Source: a virus. Taken from it: a DNA stretch of 64,000 nucleotides. Every line of letters starts with the position of its first letter. The stretch's first letter is position 1. The position numbers and the translations under genes were made by a program. The notes beneath the pieces are model-generated. The model did no database searches. It saw only the letters and a program-made list of their open reading frames with translations, and was not told where the DNA came from. The stretch lies in the IMG/VR virus record IMGVR_UViG_3300017917_002349, positions 32,001-96,000 of that record, one strand, 5' to 3'. Positions 9,930-20,067 of the stretch are shown piece after piece.

Positions 9930-9935
9930 TAAATA
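9930..9935 (+). promoter_or_regulatory. T4-type late promoter core TAAATA
   Basis: Follows a terminator, 7 nt before ATG 9943; the motif recurs before many structural genes. Confidence 0.6.
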
Positions 9936-9942
9936 CACTACT

Positions 9943-10380
9943 ATGATTAATTTCGCTAACTATTTCTTTCAAGGTGTTAAAAACACATTACGAGTTCAAA
10001 ACGGTGTAAATCTTGCCTATAAAGGTCCCTGGGTTTCGGTGTTCCAAGATACTCTTGTAGACGAATGGTATGTGGGCGATTTTATGGCTGCAGAATATAC
10101 CGTGGTAGTTGACGTGGGAAATACCAAAAAAGAAATAATCAAAGCTATGGTAGTAGCAGGACCTAGCCAAGCTAATGTAACTATCTACGGTAGAAATAGC
10201 CTCAATGAGAAATTAGTAGATTTATCAGTTACGGTCAACGATTCAAAAGTCCAGCTGATCGCAAATCCTGCTAGCAGTGCCACCGACAGTACCTATGATG
10301 ATTCCGGTCTTTTGGTAGGATCTAAGCTGATTTTCAGCGCCACTTATTATCATACCCTAAACGATCTCACAAGTTATTAA
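9943..10380 (+). CDS. Virion structural protein (hypothetical)
   Basis: 145 aa, beta-rich, in the tail cluster behind a late promoter. Confidence 0.5.
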   Translation: MINFANYFFQGVKNTLRVQNGVNLAYKGPWVSVFQDTLVDEWYVGDFMAAEYTVVVDVGNTKKEIIKAMVVAGPSQANVTIYGRNSLNEKLVDLSVTVNDSKVQLIANPASSATDSTYDDSGLLVGSKLIFSATYYHTLNDLTSY

Positions 10381-10447
10381 AAATCCTACCAGCATAAATA
10401 CATTAGTCTTTGTAGAAGTTGTAGTTGGAGTGATAGCGGAGATCTAA

Positions 10448-11059
10448 ATGTCAATTAATTACCTACCATTAGAATCAAAAAGCGGATTTAAAAGTCCGGG
10501 TTTTTCTGTCAACGAAAATGGTGATCTAACCGTAGATGGTGCGGTACTGTTTAACAGCCAACTCAATGTAGCCCCAGATTTCGCAGTTAACGGCGTGCTT
10601 ATCATAGATTCTACCGATTCGATAGTTGCGCTAGGCGATCAAATCAAACACAGCAGTCTTGTAAAATTAGGAGTTTTAGAAAATCTTTCTATTGACGGCG
10701 ACTTTACTGTGGCACAAGGTTCTACACCGTATGTCAGCATCGTCAACGGACACGTAGAAATAAATTCTGTGGCCAGTGTTGGTGCCATAGATAATGTAGA
10801 TATTGGTCTAAAAGATCCGGGCGATGCTAATTTTAAATCAGTAAACATCGGTCCAGGCGACAGCACCGGTGAATTATCAGTTCAAGGTAACGCTAGTATA
10901 AGTTTAGATTTAACTGTCACAGGCGATACCACAGTCAGTGGAGATATAGCAGCAAGTAACATAACGGTTTCAAACACACCTACAGCAAATAATCAAGTGA
11001 CTAGAAAAGACTATGTCGATGCTAGAGCCACAGCGTTTGCAGTTGCGTTTGGAGCATAA
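10448..11059 (+). CDS. Short fibre/shaft-like structural protein
   Basis: Repeating LxVxG beta motifs and TRKDYVD fibre motif; GGAG RBS; TAAATA at 10395. Confidence 0.55.
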   Translation: MSINYLPLESKSGFKSPGFSVNENGDLTVDGAVLFNSQLNVAPDFAVNGVLIIDSTDSIVALGDQIKHSSLVKLGVLENLSIDGDFTVAQGSTPYVSIVNGHVEINSVASVGAIDNVDIGLKDPGDANFKSVNIGPGDSTGELSVQGNASISLDLTVTGDTTVSGDIAASNITVSNTPTANNQVTRKDYVDARATAFAVAFGA

Positions 11060-11069
11060 GGATAGATAA

Positions 11070-14000
11070 ATGGCAAAGAAACAGTTAAAAAAATATGTAT
11101 TTGAACCTGGGATCAGCAAAGATGATAATCTGTATCCTCATGCAGTGGCATTGTTAAGTGCCAACAAGGCATTTTTGCAACAACAGGTAGTTGCCTTCAT
11201 TAATAATCAGATCACTAACAATATTGGAGTATATGCAGGGTATACATATGCGTCTCAAAAATGTATAAGAGACGTAGGATACTTTATTGATGCAGTTTTA
11301 CATGATCTTCGATATGGAGGTAATGTCAAATGTAGACAGGTAGCAGATTATTTTTGGATAGACGGTGAACCTCAGATCAGAGGAGATGTCAGTCCTGAGA
11401 TCACAGGACAGCAATATCTAAGAGATGTAATCAACAACTATATTTTTACCAATACCACCGTTTCTCCGTCCTACGGTAATACTGTCGCACAGGTAAAAAT
11501 AATCGGACAAAATGCAGAATCAGGAGCTTCATCAAGGAATACAACTCTTTGGAGTGTGTTTAGCAACGTAATCCAGAACGGATTGCCTGCCATGCCCAGC
11601 AAGGTCGCAGGCGTAAGTTCTATCAGAGTAATCGGTAAGTACGATCCAAGCGAAATCTTATTAATCACAGATACTAATAACGGTGAAATTTTATATAGTT
11701 TTGCTGATAATAATAACACACTGACCTGCGAATATAAACAGGGACGCAGCAGCGGTAATGGTGAATTGTTAACAGATGTTGATTTTCCTCGCTGGTGGCA
11801 CACTTCGGATACTATAACTACTATAAGTCTTTCTGCAGATACTTCTTTGTTGTCAGCAGCGGCAGATCTTCAAATCTTTGTAGAGGATCCTAATCAACAG
11901 ATTCGTCCTTGGGAATTTGGTACGGATGCTATTGAACGTATGCGTGTGGCAGCACCGCAGGCCATGTTGGACGCTGATTTTGAATACGGATTGCAGCCAA
12001 CTAAATGGCAAGCACTAGGATTGATACGTATGTATCCTTCGGTATATGAAGTACCAGGTACAGATCTAACTATTTCAGCGATCACCACTGATGCATCATC
12101 TAACACAGGTTTTTTTGGTTCTTCATTAATCACAGTTACCACTACTGGTACACATGGATTTTCAGCAGGACAACCGATCACTGTCAAAGGACTATTGTCT
12201 ACGGTCAGCGGGTTTGCTCGTGCAGAAGGATCATTCTTAATTTACAGCACACCTAGTGCAGTGTCATTTACATACTATGCATCTGCCAAAGTAGGAACTG
12301 CCAACGGTGACAGTCTATATACGAGTTTTGCGCAGATAAGACAAGCTGGATTTTACACCGGTGCTTCAGTAGGAGCACCTACATTTTCTTTATACAGCAA
12401 TGGTACTAATTTAACAATAACTTCTAAATTTATCACAGCTTCGGGATCAACAACCATTGCCTTTGATGGAACAGCGCCGACATCTGGATCACCGGTTACA
12501 GGTTCTCCTGTATTTGTACAAGGAACTGCGATATCCGGAGTGATAGGCAGCAGCACGGTCAGCGCCAAAATCAAGACAGCGACTCTTACCACAGACACTA
12601 GTGTAGAAGTTGTATCCGCCACGGGTATACAGCAACAAATGGCATTGAGCTCCGGAGGCGGAACCGCCCTGTTTATTAACTCATTGGCAGGAACCACTTT
12701 AAATCTTTCAGGCGCTATTGGTTCTACATATGTTGGAGCCAACGGTTCTAATTCAGGAGTCACAGGAACAAACATCCCGCCCATAGGTGTAGGCGCACAT
12801 TTTGCAGTTTCTAGATCAGCAGGTGTATATTCAGTGACCGATCCAGGAGATTCGACATCTAATGGACAAAATTATGCTGTGGGCGATAATTTGCTCATAG
12901 CAGGTACTGATCTAGGCGGTACATCTCCTCAAAATGATATTACAGTAGTAGTCACAGGTATTGATTCTGGTGGAACTATTACAAACTTTAGTTTTTCTGG
13001 GTCAGCAATCAGCGGAGGAGCTTCTTACAGTCTGGTATTACCTAATAGTACTACGGGGTCGGGTTCAGGTGCATATCTAGCAGTAGATAGAGCCGGCGGC
13101 ACTGGAGTTTACACAAATATCGTAGTCTCTGGCGGAAGCCTTTATTCTCCAGGAGACTATGTAACTTGGTCAGGAGCAGATCTAGGAGGTTCAAGTCCAG
13201 CCAATGATATAACCATATTAGTTCAAGGAGTAACTTCGGGAAGTATAGTTGACTATGTAGTCCAAGGAACTCCTGTAGGTGCCACAGGTAACGGTTCATA
13301 TCCTGCTGCCAATGCAACAAATATACCTAATTCGGGGGCCGGTGCTATATTCACTGTGACCAGAACAGACGGTAACTATACCGCTGTAGCTACTAATCCC
13401 GGCAGCGGATATGTGGTAGGTAATGGTATTAGAATTCTTGGCACAGCACTAAATGGTGCAACTCCTCTTAATGATTGTATATTAACTGTAAGTGGAGCGG
13501 CCGGCGGGTCTCTGACTGTAACAGCAGTAGGGGTACCGTATGCAGGAGATAGTATCAGTGTTTATCCCACAATGACTATCAGCGAACCAATTACTAGTTC
13601 TCTAGCAGCAAATACCACTTTAAATGTTGGTGCAATTCCTACAGTGCAGATAGATTTTTCAAGTAACCATGGATTGATACCTGGTACTACTATCCTTACA
13701 CAAATAACATCTAATCCGGCTCCGGCATATGCAGCCACACCAAGAACACTGACTTCTTCTCTTACATGGGTAGGAGTAGCATTCGTTGGTGGAACCTTTG
13801 TAGCAGTGGCCAACGGATCGGCTGTGACTAATAGATCTATCGACGGTCAAAATTGGACCGCAGGTGGTACTATTCCAGGCAGTACATCATGGACCAGTAT
13901 TGCAGCTGGCGCCATAGGAGCTACAAATTATTTTGTGGCCGTAGCATCCGGGGGTACGGTTGCAGCCTATTCAACCGATGGAGGTCAAAACTGGACTGCG

Positions 14001-17000
14001 GCAACACTGCCTTCTTCCAGCACTTGGAGTTCTGTGACATATTACAACGGTGTGTTTGTGGCTGTGGCATCTGGTGGTACTGCTGCCGCATATTCAACCA
14101 ATGGAACTACCTGGACTGCGGCAACATTACCGTCATCGAGTACCTGGACAGATGTTGCAGGTGGATTTATTGGAACATCAGTTTATTTCGTGGCCATCGC
14201 TTCAGGCGGAACAGCAGCAGCATATTCTCCGGACAGCGGAGTGACATGGGTAGCCACAGGAGCATTGCCTGCTACTGCAACATGGAGCAGTGTAACATTT
14301 GGTAATAATAGATTTGTGGCTGTAGCATCCGGTGGCACAGCCGCTGCGATATCTACCAATGGTATTTCATGGACTTCGTCTACATTACCAAGTTCAGCGA
14401 ACTGGAATTCGATTACCTTTGGCGATGATAATTTTATTGTGGTTGCTTCAGGAGGCACTCAAGTATTATATTCGTTTACCGGCGACACAGGCACATGGAC
14501 CAGTGCGGTTACGACATTATCTTCTACTTGGGAAGAAATTGCCTATGGTACATACTCAGGCATAGGAATTTTTGTTGCTGTGGGTAACAGTGCTACAGCA
14601 AATAGTATAGTTTTGACTTCGGCAAATCATCAATTGGTAACTGGACCACACGTGGTTGCATCTGTACCAAGTTCGACATCTATTAGATATTATGCCAGAA
14701 CTACTGGTACTATTAATGTAGATTCTCAAGGTTTAACAGGTGTGATTTATGCTAGACCTGATGCATTCTTTACACATAGGCCATTTGACGGCGGAGTGCA
14801 ATTAGGCACAGGCAACCCAAGCCACGGTGCTCAGGCCATACGTCAAAGTAAAAAGTATATTCGTTACCAGTCTGGTAAAGGTATGATGTATACCACTGGT
14901 GGTTTGTTTGCTCCTAGTTATAATATTTCAGCAGCAACAGCTGACGGACTTACAGTTAATAGTCTTATAACTTTTACCACCGATGATACAGATCACGGAC
15001 TACAAGCAGGTGCTGAAATTGAAATTATTGGTATGGTGTCATTTGAATACAACGGAGATTATACCGTAGACAGTATCGTTGATGCTAGAAGATTTAGAGT
15101 ACGAGCAGGTGTTGTGCTGAGTAGTCTCACAGGAACATTAGGAGTCGATGCTAAACTTGTATTGAAACGTTGGCACGGAGCCAGCGTTAAAATTGGTGCC
15201 TTTGATGAACAGAACGGATTGTTCTATCAATATGATGGACAGGAAATGAGTCTTGTCAAACGTTCAAGTACTAATCAGCTTACAGGCACAGTGGCCATTA
15301 ATACAGACAGTAATTTGGTCACAGGCACAGGAACACGTTTCCAAGATCAGTTAAAAGTAGGAGACAAGGTAGTAATCAGGGGCATGAGCCATATTGTGAC
15401 CGGTATTACCAGCCAAACTTCTATGACAATGGCTCCTGACTGGCGCGGTGCTAATTCTATTACCGGCGCTAGAATGGCTATCACTGAAGATACTTATATT
15501 CCTCAACGTGAATGGAATTTAGATCCTATCGACGGTAACGGACCGAGTGGATATAATATTCTGCCATGGCGAATGCAGATGTTAGGTATGCAATATTCAT
15601 GGTATGCTGCTGGTTTTATTGAATGGATGCTGCGTGGTGCAGACGGTAAATTCGTATTCTTGCACAGACTAAGAAACTCTAACGTAAACACCGAAGCGTA
15701 TATGCGTACTGCTAACTTGCCCGTGCGTTATGAAGTAGAAAATCGATCAGCGGTAAGTAAACTTTCTGCAACAGTTACTTCAGTACAGAGCACCTTGCCA
15801 TTAACTGATGCATCTAGATTCCCAACCAATGGTATAGTTTATGTTGATAACGAATTGATCAGTTACAGCGGCAAGAGCGGAAATGTTCTTACAAATTGTA
15901 CTCGTGCAGCATCAATGAACGCATTCACTGCCGGACAAAATAGAACAGTTACAGGCGGACCGGCGTCTTCTCACTCAGTTGATGCAGGTGTACAGTTAGT
16001 CAGTTGCACAGCAAGTCCTACGATTAGTCATTGGGGTTCTGCTCTGTTAACTGACGGTAGATTTGATGAAGATCGAGGATATCTATTCAACTATGCGGCC
16101 ACAGGTCTGAGTGTGGGATTAACCAAACAAACAGCGTTCTTAATTAGATTGGCTCCCAGTGTTTCCAACGCTCTAGTGGGAGACCTAGGCGAGCGCGATC
16201 TGTTAAACAGAGCACAGTTATTGTTAAATGAAATATCAGTGACTTCAGATACTGGCTCTGGGTCTATTATTATTGAAGGTATCCTTAATCCTAGAAACTA
16301 TCCTACTAACCCAACTTTGATTACCTGGACCGGATTAGCCAGTTCCGGTGCTGGCGGCCAACCAAGTTTTGCACAGATCGCATTGGGCGGTTCTATTAAC
16401 TGGGGCGGCGTACCTGCAACAACATCTACTGCTACAGTACAAGGTGCATTGACCACTACCACTACTGCTAGAGCATTTTCTACGATCACAAACAATATAA
16501 CCGCAGTGAGCCAACCAGCTGGTCTAAGCGGCTATAATGGTGCATTAGACACTGCTAGAACTGATTTTGTAATAACCAATGCTGCATATAATGCCTTATT
16601 GTCTACTACCCCGTTAAGGGTAGGAGATACACTGGCACAGAATGCAGGAGGAACCTTGGTTAATGTAAGAATTATAGGTTTCAGCGGACAGTTTGATTGT
16701 AATAGTACAACATTAGTTGTAGGTATGACTGTTACCCTCACTGGAGGCGGTACTAATTATCCTGCTAATGGAACGATATTAGGTTATACAGGTACAACAA
16801 CTTACAAAATATCTGTTACCAACGGTTCAACTACTTTTACACTAACAGAACTCAATGGATCAGCTCTTACTACAAATACCGGTAACAATCCACAGGGAAC
16901 ATTTGTTCTAAACAACAACCTCGGCACCGGAAGAAGTATCACGGCTATCACTCCATCCTATCAAGGCAGCGGATTCACAAGGATCGTTATGAACTCGGTG

Positions 17001-17783
17001 CCTCAGAACACATCCGGTACAGGTTCAAATATCTCATTGGTCGTGACTAACAGTATCAGTACTAGTTATGCCAATGCGATCAGCACAGCAAGGAGTGATT
17101 TTTTAATGACCGACAGCGATTGGACTGCATCTTATGCTGCTGTTGGAGATGTATTATCATTGGCCGGCTCTATTACAGCTAATCAGACCATACAGACAGT
17201 GTCTACCAGCTATGCTAGAGTCAGCGGTGTGTTGTATACTAGAATAGTCATGAGTAGTAATGGTAATAATACCACAGGCGGAAATAGTAATCAAACGATT
17301 ACTGTACAGGCTTCAGGAACAGCAGCCAGCTACTCTAATACTAATTACTTGTTCTTTACTTCTGCTAGTTATAATGCTTCAGGTGCCACAACAGGTACTA
17401 GGGTGGCCACATCAGACACTAAATTTCCAGCAGGTACAGCGATTTCTACTGTGACGTCAAGAAGATTAGGTTCGACTACTGTACAACGTGTGACCTTTAC
17501 CCAGTCTTCTAATACTTCAGTTGCCGCAGCAGCCACAGTGACTTTCCAATTTGGTGATCCTCAATATGCACTGCCGGGAGAACAGGTATTTTCGTTCGTT
17601 ACTAACCCAGGAAATACCACTTCGTTAGATCTAACTCAATTGAAGGAACTAACCACTACTGCAATTGGCGGAAGAGGAGCTTTCCCTAATGGACCAGACG
17701 TATTAGCTATTAATATCTATAAGATATCTGGAACAGCAAATCCGGCCAGTATTATTCTTCGTTGGGGTGAGGCTCAGGCCTAA
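11070..17783 (+). CDS. Very large tail fibre / virion appendage protein, 2237 aa
   Basis: Thr/Ser/Gly-rich; KCIRDVGY fibre motif; three GxxLxGxxPxND repeats; about seven Asp-box-like blades. Confidence 0.8.
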   Translation: MAKKQLKKYVFEPGISKDDNLYPHAVALLSANKAFLQQQVVAFINNQITNNIGVYAGYTYASQKCIRDVGYFIDAVLHDLRYGGNVKCRQVADYFWIDGEPQIRGDVSPEITGQQYLRDVINNYIFTNTTVSPSYGNTVAQVKIIGQNAESGASSRNTTLWSVFSNVIQNGLPAMPSKVAGVSSIRVIGKYDPSEILLITDTNNGEILYSFADNNNTLTCEYKQGRSSGNGELLTDVDFPRWWHTSDTITTISLSADTSLLSAAADLQIFVEDPNQQIRPWEFGTDAIERMRVAAPQAMLDADFEYGLQPTKWQALGLIRMYPSVYEVPGTDLTISAITTDASSNTGFFGSSLITVTTTGTHGFSAGQPITVKGLLSTVSGFARAEGSFLIYSTPSAVSFTYYASAKVGTANGDSLYTSFAQIRQAGFYTGASVGAPTFSLYSNGTNLTITSKFITASGSTTIAFDGTAPTSGSPVTGSPVFVQGTAISGVIGSSTVSAKIKTATLTTDTSVEVVSATGIQQQMALSSGGGTALFINSLAGTTLNLSGAIGSTYVGANGSNSGVTGTNIPPIGVGAHFAVSRSAGVYSVTDPGDSTSNGQNYAVGDNLLIAGTDLGGTSPQNDITVVVTGIDSGGTITNFSFSGSAISGGASYSLVLPNSTTGSGSGAYLAVDRAGGTGVYTNIVVSGGSLYSPGDYVTWSGADLGGSSPANDITILVQGVTSGSIVDYVVQGTPVGATGNGSYPAANATNIPNSGAGAIFTVTRTDGNYTAVATNPGSGYVVGNGIRILGTALNGATPLNDCILTVSGAAGGSLTVTAVGVPYAGDSISVYPTMTISEPITSSLAANTTLNVGAIPTVQIDFSSNHGLIPGTTILTQITSNPAPAYAATPRTLTSSLTWVGVAFVGGTFVAVANGSAVTNRSIDGQNWTAGGTIPGSTSWTSIAAGAIGATNYFVAVASGGTVAAYSTDGGQNWTAATLPSSSTWSSVTYYNGVFVAVASGGTAAAYSTNGTTWTAATLPSSSTWTDVAGGFIGTSVYFVAIASGGTAAAYSPDSGVTWVATGALPATATWSSVTFGNNRFVAVASGGTAAAISTNGISWTSSTLPSSANWNSITFGDDNFIVVASGGTQVLYSFTGDTGTWTSAVTTLSSTWEEIAYGTYSGIGIFVAVGNSATANSIVLTSANHQLVTGPHVVASVPSSTSIRYYARTTGTINVDSQGLTGVIYARPDAFFTHRPFDGGVQLGTGNPSHGAQAIRQSKKYIRYQSGKGMMYTTGGLFAPSYNISAATADGLTVNSLITFTTDDTDHGLQAGAEIEIIGMVSFEYNGDYTVDSIVDARRFRVRAGVVLSSLTGTLGVDAKLVLKRWHGASVKIGAFDEQNGLFYQYDGQEMSLVKRSSTNQLTGTVAINTDSNLVTGTGTRFQDQLKVGDKVVIRGMSHIVTGITSQTSMTMAPDWRGANSITGARMAITEDTYIPQREWNLDPIDGNGPSGYNILPWRMQMLGMQYSWYAAGFIEWMLRGADGKFVFLHRLRNSNVNTEAYMRTANLPVRYEVENRSAVSKLSATVTSVQSTLPLTDASRFPTNGIVYVDNELISYSGKSGNVLTNCTRAASMNAFTAGQNRTVTGGPASSHSVDAGVQLVSCTASPTISHWGSALLTDGRFDEDRGYLFNYAATGLSVGLTKQTAFLIRLAPSVSNALVGDLGERDLLNRAQLLLNEISVTSDTGSGSIIIEGILNPRNYPTNPTLITWTGLASSGAGGQPSFAQIALGGSINWGGVPATTSTATVQGALTTTTTARAFSTITNNITAVSQPAGLSGYNGALDTARTDFVITNAAYNALLSTTPLRVGDTLAQNAGGTLVNVRIIGFSGQFDCNSTTLVVGMTVTLTGGGTNYPANGTILGYTGTTTYKISVTNGSTTFTLTELNGSALTTNTGNNPQGTFVLNNNLGTGRSITAITPSYQGSGFTRIVMNSVPQNTSGTGSNISLVVTNSISTSYANAISTARSDFLMTDSDWTASYAAVGDVLSLAGSITANQTIQTVSTSYARVSGVLYTRIVMSSNGNNTTGGNSNQTITVQASGTAASYSNTNYLFFTSASYNASGATTGTRVATSDTKFPAGTAISTVTSRRLGSTTVQRVTFTQSSNTSVAAAATVTFQFGDPQYALPGEQVFSFVTNPGNTTSLDLTQLKELTTTAIGGRGAFPNGPDVLAINIYKISGTANPASIILRWGEAQA
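13755..14610 (+). repeat. About seven tandem Asp-box-like repeats of roughly 40 aa (predicted beta-propeller)
   Basis: Repeated W(S/T)S(V/I)...FVAVASGGTAAAYSTxGxxWT units in the translation. Confidence 0.75.
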
Positions 17784-18060
17784 CAATAAATTTAGAACGT
17801 TTCCACATATCGATCTTAGAGTCCATAGACTTTTTGATCGATATGATGTTGGCACGTATGTCTGAGATCTCTGTAGGTATTCTGCCACTGATTAATAATT
17901 GTTGATGATTTTTATCAACATATCCGACCTGCTCTTTGAGCTTTCCTAATAAATTTAATAATTCTATTCTGAGAGATTCGTCTGTGATAGCATTGATCTC
18001 AGTGACATATCTATTATAATCTTGGATATATTTAGGATTTGTTGTTAGTGATGGAATCAT
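17752..18060 (-). CDS. Hypothetical helical protein
   Basis: 102 aa, coupled to the upstream minus-strand gene; converges on and overlaps the fibre gene by 32 nt. Confidence 0.6.
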   Translation of the reverse strand: MIPSLTTNPKYIQDYNRYVTEINAITDESLRIELLNLLGKLKEQVGYVDKNHQQLLISGRIPTEISDIRANIISIKKSMDSKIDMWKRSKFIVRPEPHPNEE

Positions 18061-18433
18061 TTTTTTCTAGTACCAAAATAGTTTCTAATTTTGCTCGGAT
18101 CAGCTGATTATTTAATGTAGTTTTTAGGCCACTGTGTAAATTCCTTGGAAGATAATCTAAATTACTCCAACAAATAGTACGATCTGTGGCAGCGAAAAAC
18201 TCAGTTTCAACTAAGCATACATAGGTTCCGTATTCGAATCCTCGATCTTCGCTGAGATATAGTTCTATAGGTAAAAGTTTACCCATGGAATATCTAGTTA
18301 AAAGCTGTTGAGCATCTTCCAGCAATGAACCAGATCTAGCGAAGGTAGGCACAGTCCATTTTTCATCTTCTAAAATGAGAAAAATTCTACTGCTATTTTT
18401 AGCAAGAAAAAGTAATCCGGCACGCTGTTGCAT
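18032..18433 (-). CDS. Nudix-fold-like protein lacking a Nudix box
   Basis: AGLLFLA...FLIL...W start and W..LDYLP..LHSGL end resemble Nudix hydrolases, but no GX5EX7REUXEEXGU is present. Confidence 0.45.
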   Translation of the reverse strand: MQQRAGLLFLAKNSSRIFLILEDEKWTVPTFARSGSLLEDAQQLLTRYSMGKLLPIELYLSEDRGFEYGTYVCLVETEFFAATDRTICWSNLDYLPRNLHSGLKTTLNNQLIRAKLETILVLEKNDSITNNKS

Positions 18434-18441
18434 ACCTTTAC

Positions 18442-20067
18442 TTATTGAGGATCGAGATCAAATCTCCAATATCCTGAAGCATATTCACCTTCAAAACTCT
18501 TATACCACTGACCGTCGGTGTTCCAACGATATTGAAGGCCGGTTTTTAAATTTTGAAATATTAGAGTTACAATTTCAAAGTTTTCGCTGTCGGATGGAAT
18601 AATGATATTATCAGAATCTAAAATATTATTTTTAACTCGATATGTAACACCGTCATAGATAATGATTTGACCTACCGAATAACGCAGTACATTAGAGAAT
18701 GGGTAAAGATTCATAGTCCAAACCGGCAGTAGATCAATCCATGCAGTGCCATTCCATTCTACAATAGTATTAGCACGTATTACCGGATCAGATCCGTTTA
18801 AATTTTTCCAAGCATCCGGGCCATCATAGTTCCAATTTGGGTCTAGAGCGACCGTACTGCCTACATTTTGGCTGTTATTAACATCGTCTAATACTAGATA
18901 TCTTGTACCGGTGGTTATAGTCTGGTCCGACATTTCCTTGTTAGGTCTCTTGGGGTTAAATTTATATGGATCAACTATGGCATCAACTGTGGTTCGACCT
19001 GACGGATAAATCTCACTATAGATAACTGTATTTGAAGGAATATCTGTGATACTAACTAATAGATATGTGGGGTCTAGTTCATTAACTATAAATGTACCTC
19101 CGATTTCAGTACCGTCAACTTGTAAAAAGAAAATTTTGCTGATACCTGAAATATAGCCACCAAAATTATCCAAGACTGTATTCCAATCTATACGATCTCC
19201 TTGCTTAATTGGAAGATCAATACCTGTGGCAGCGATAACTTCTCCAGGAGAAACTATAGAAACATCATAGTCAGTAGCTTCGCCGTTATTGCTCTTTAAC
19301 AGCAATACTCTCCAATTTCCCTGCACAAAACGTTGAGAAGAATTACTGTTATCGCCATCATAGACCAAATCATCTAGACTTAATATATCTCCAGTTTCAG
19401 AAAAAACGTTCATAACTAGATTTCTTACCACTCCTAATTTTTTAACCTTAGCTGGCGGACTGATATAGATCGGCATTTCAAATTCCAGAGAACAAATGTC
19501 AATATCAGATTCTGTTCCTACAGGAATAGTCCTAGAACTAAAATTGGTACTGACAAGATTCAATACACTTAGACTGGTCCAATCAATATAATTATCAGTG
19601 GTTTGAATTTCTAAACTAGGATTAAACAACATTAGTATCTGTTCTACTATCTGGAGTTTTTGGTCGGTGTTTGAAGTCCAAATATCTGCCTTCATTTTTA
19701 ATTTGAAAGGAGTAGGCATAAGTCTTTCTACAGTATATCCGCCTCCCTGGATATTTTGGTATTGTATCTGTCCATCAACTTCGTTCCAAGAACGTTCGCG
19801 TATGTTTAATTTGCTGACAAAACTAGCGTCTGCTAATCGCGTGGTGTCCATTTCTAGACCAGAAATGAAACAGGCTATTCTTGGTACCGTGGGCATCTTG
19901 TTTTCTGAATTTTCTTTGATTATAGCAGCCACTTGTCTGGTTAAATCACCGTACAGTACGGGAATATGTTTCAGGGTGCCGTCACCGGTTTTGTATTTGA
20001 AGCCTATAAACACACGCATGAACTGTGTGACATATCTTCTTATCTGTCCATCATAAAAAAAATCCAT
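18442..20067 (-). CDS. Tail terminator / sheath stabiliser (T4 gp15-like) with C-terminal extension
   Basis: FFYDGQIRRYVTQFMRVF start, VPRIA and QKLQIVEQILMLFNP motifs; next to the neck genes. Confidence 0.8.
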   Translation of the reverse strand: MDFFYDGQIRRYVTQFMRVFIGFKYKTGDGTLKHIPVLYGDLTRQVAAIIKENSENKMPTVPRIACFISGLEMDTTRLADASFVSKLNIRERSWNEVDGQIQYQNIQGGGYTVERLMPTPFKLKMKADIWTSNTDQKLQIVEQILMLFNPSLEIQTTDNYIDWTSLSVLNLVSTNFSSRTIPVGTESDIDICSLEFEMPIYISPPAKVKKLGVVRNLVMNVFSETGDILSLDDLVYDGDNSNSSQRFVQGNWRVLLLKSNNGEATDYDVSIVSPGEVIAATGIDLPIKQGDRIDWNTVLDNFGGYISGISKIFFLQVDGTEIGGTFIVNELDPTYLLVSITDIPSNTVIYSEIYPSGRTTVDAIVDPYKFNPKRPNKEMSDQTITTGTRYLVLDDVNNSQNVGSTVALDPNWNYDGPDAWKNLNGSDPVIRANTIVEWNGTAWIDLLPVWTMNLYPFSNVLRYSVGQIIIYDGVTYRVKNNILDSDNIIIPSDSENFEIVTLIFQNLKTGLQYRWNTDGQWYKSFEGEYASGYWRFDLDPQ

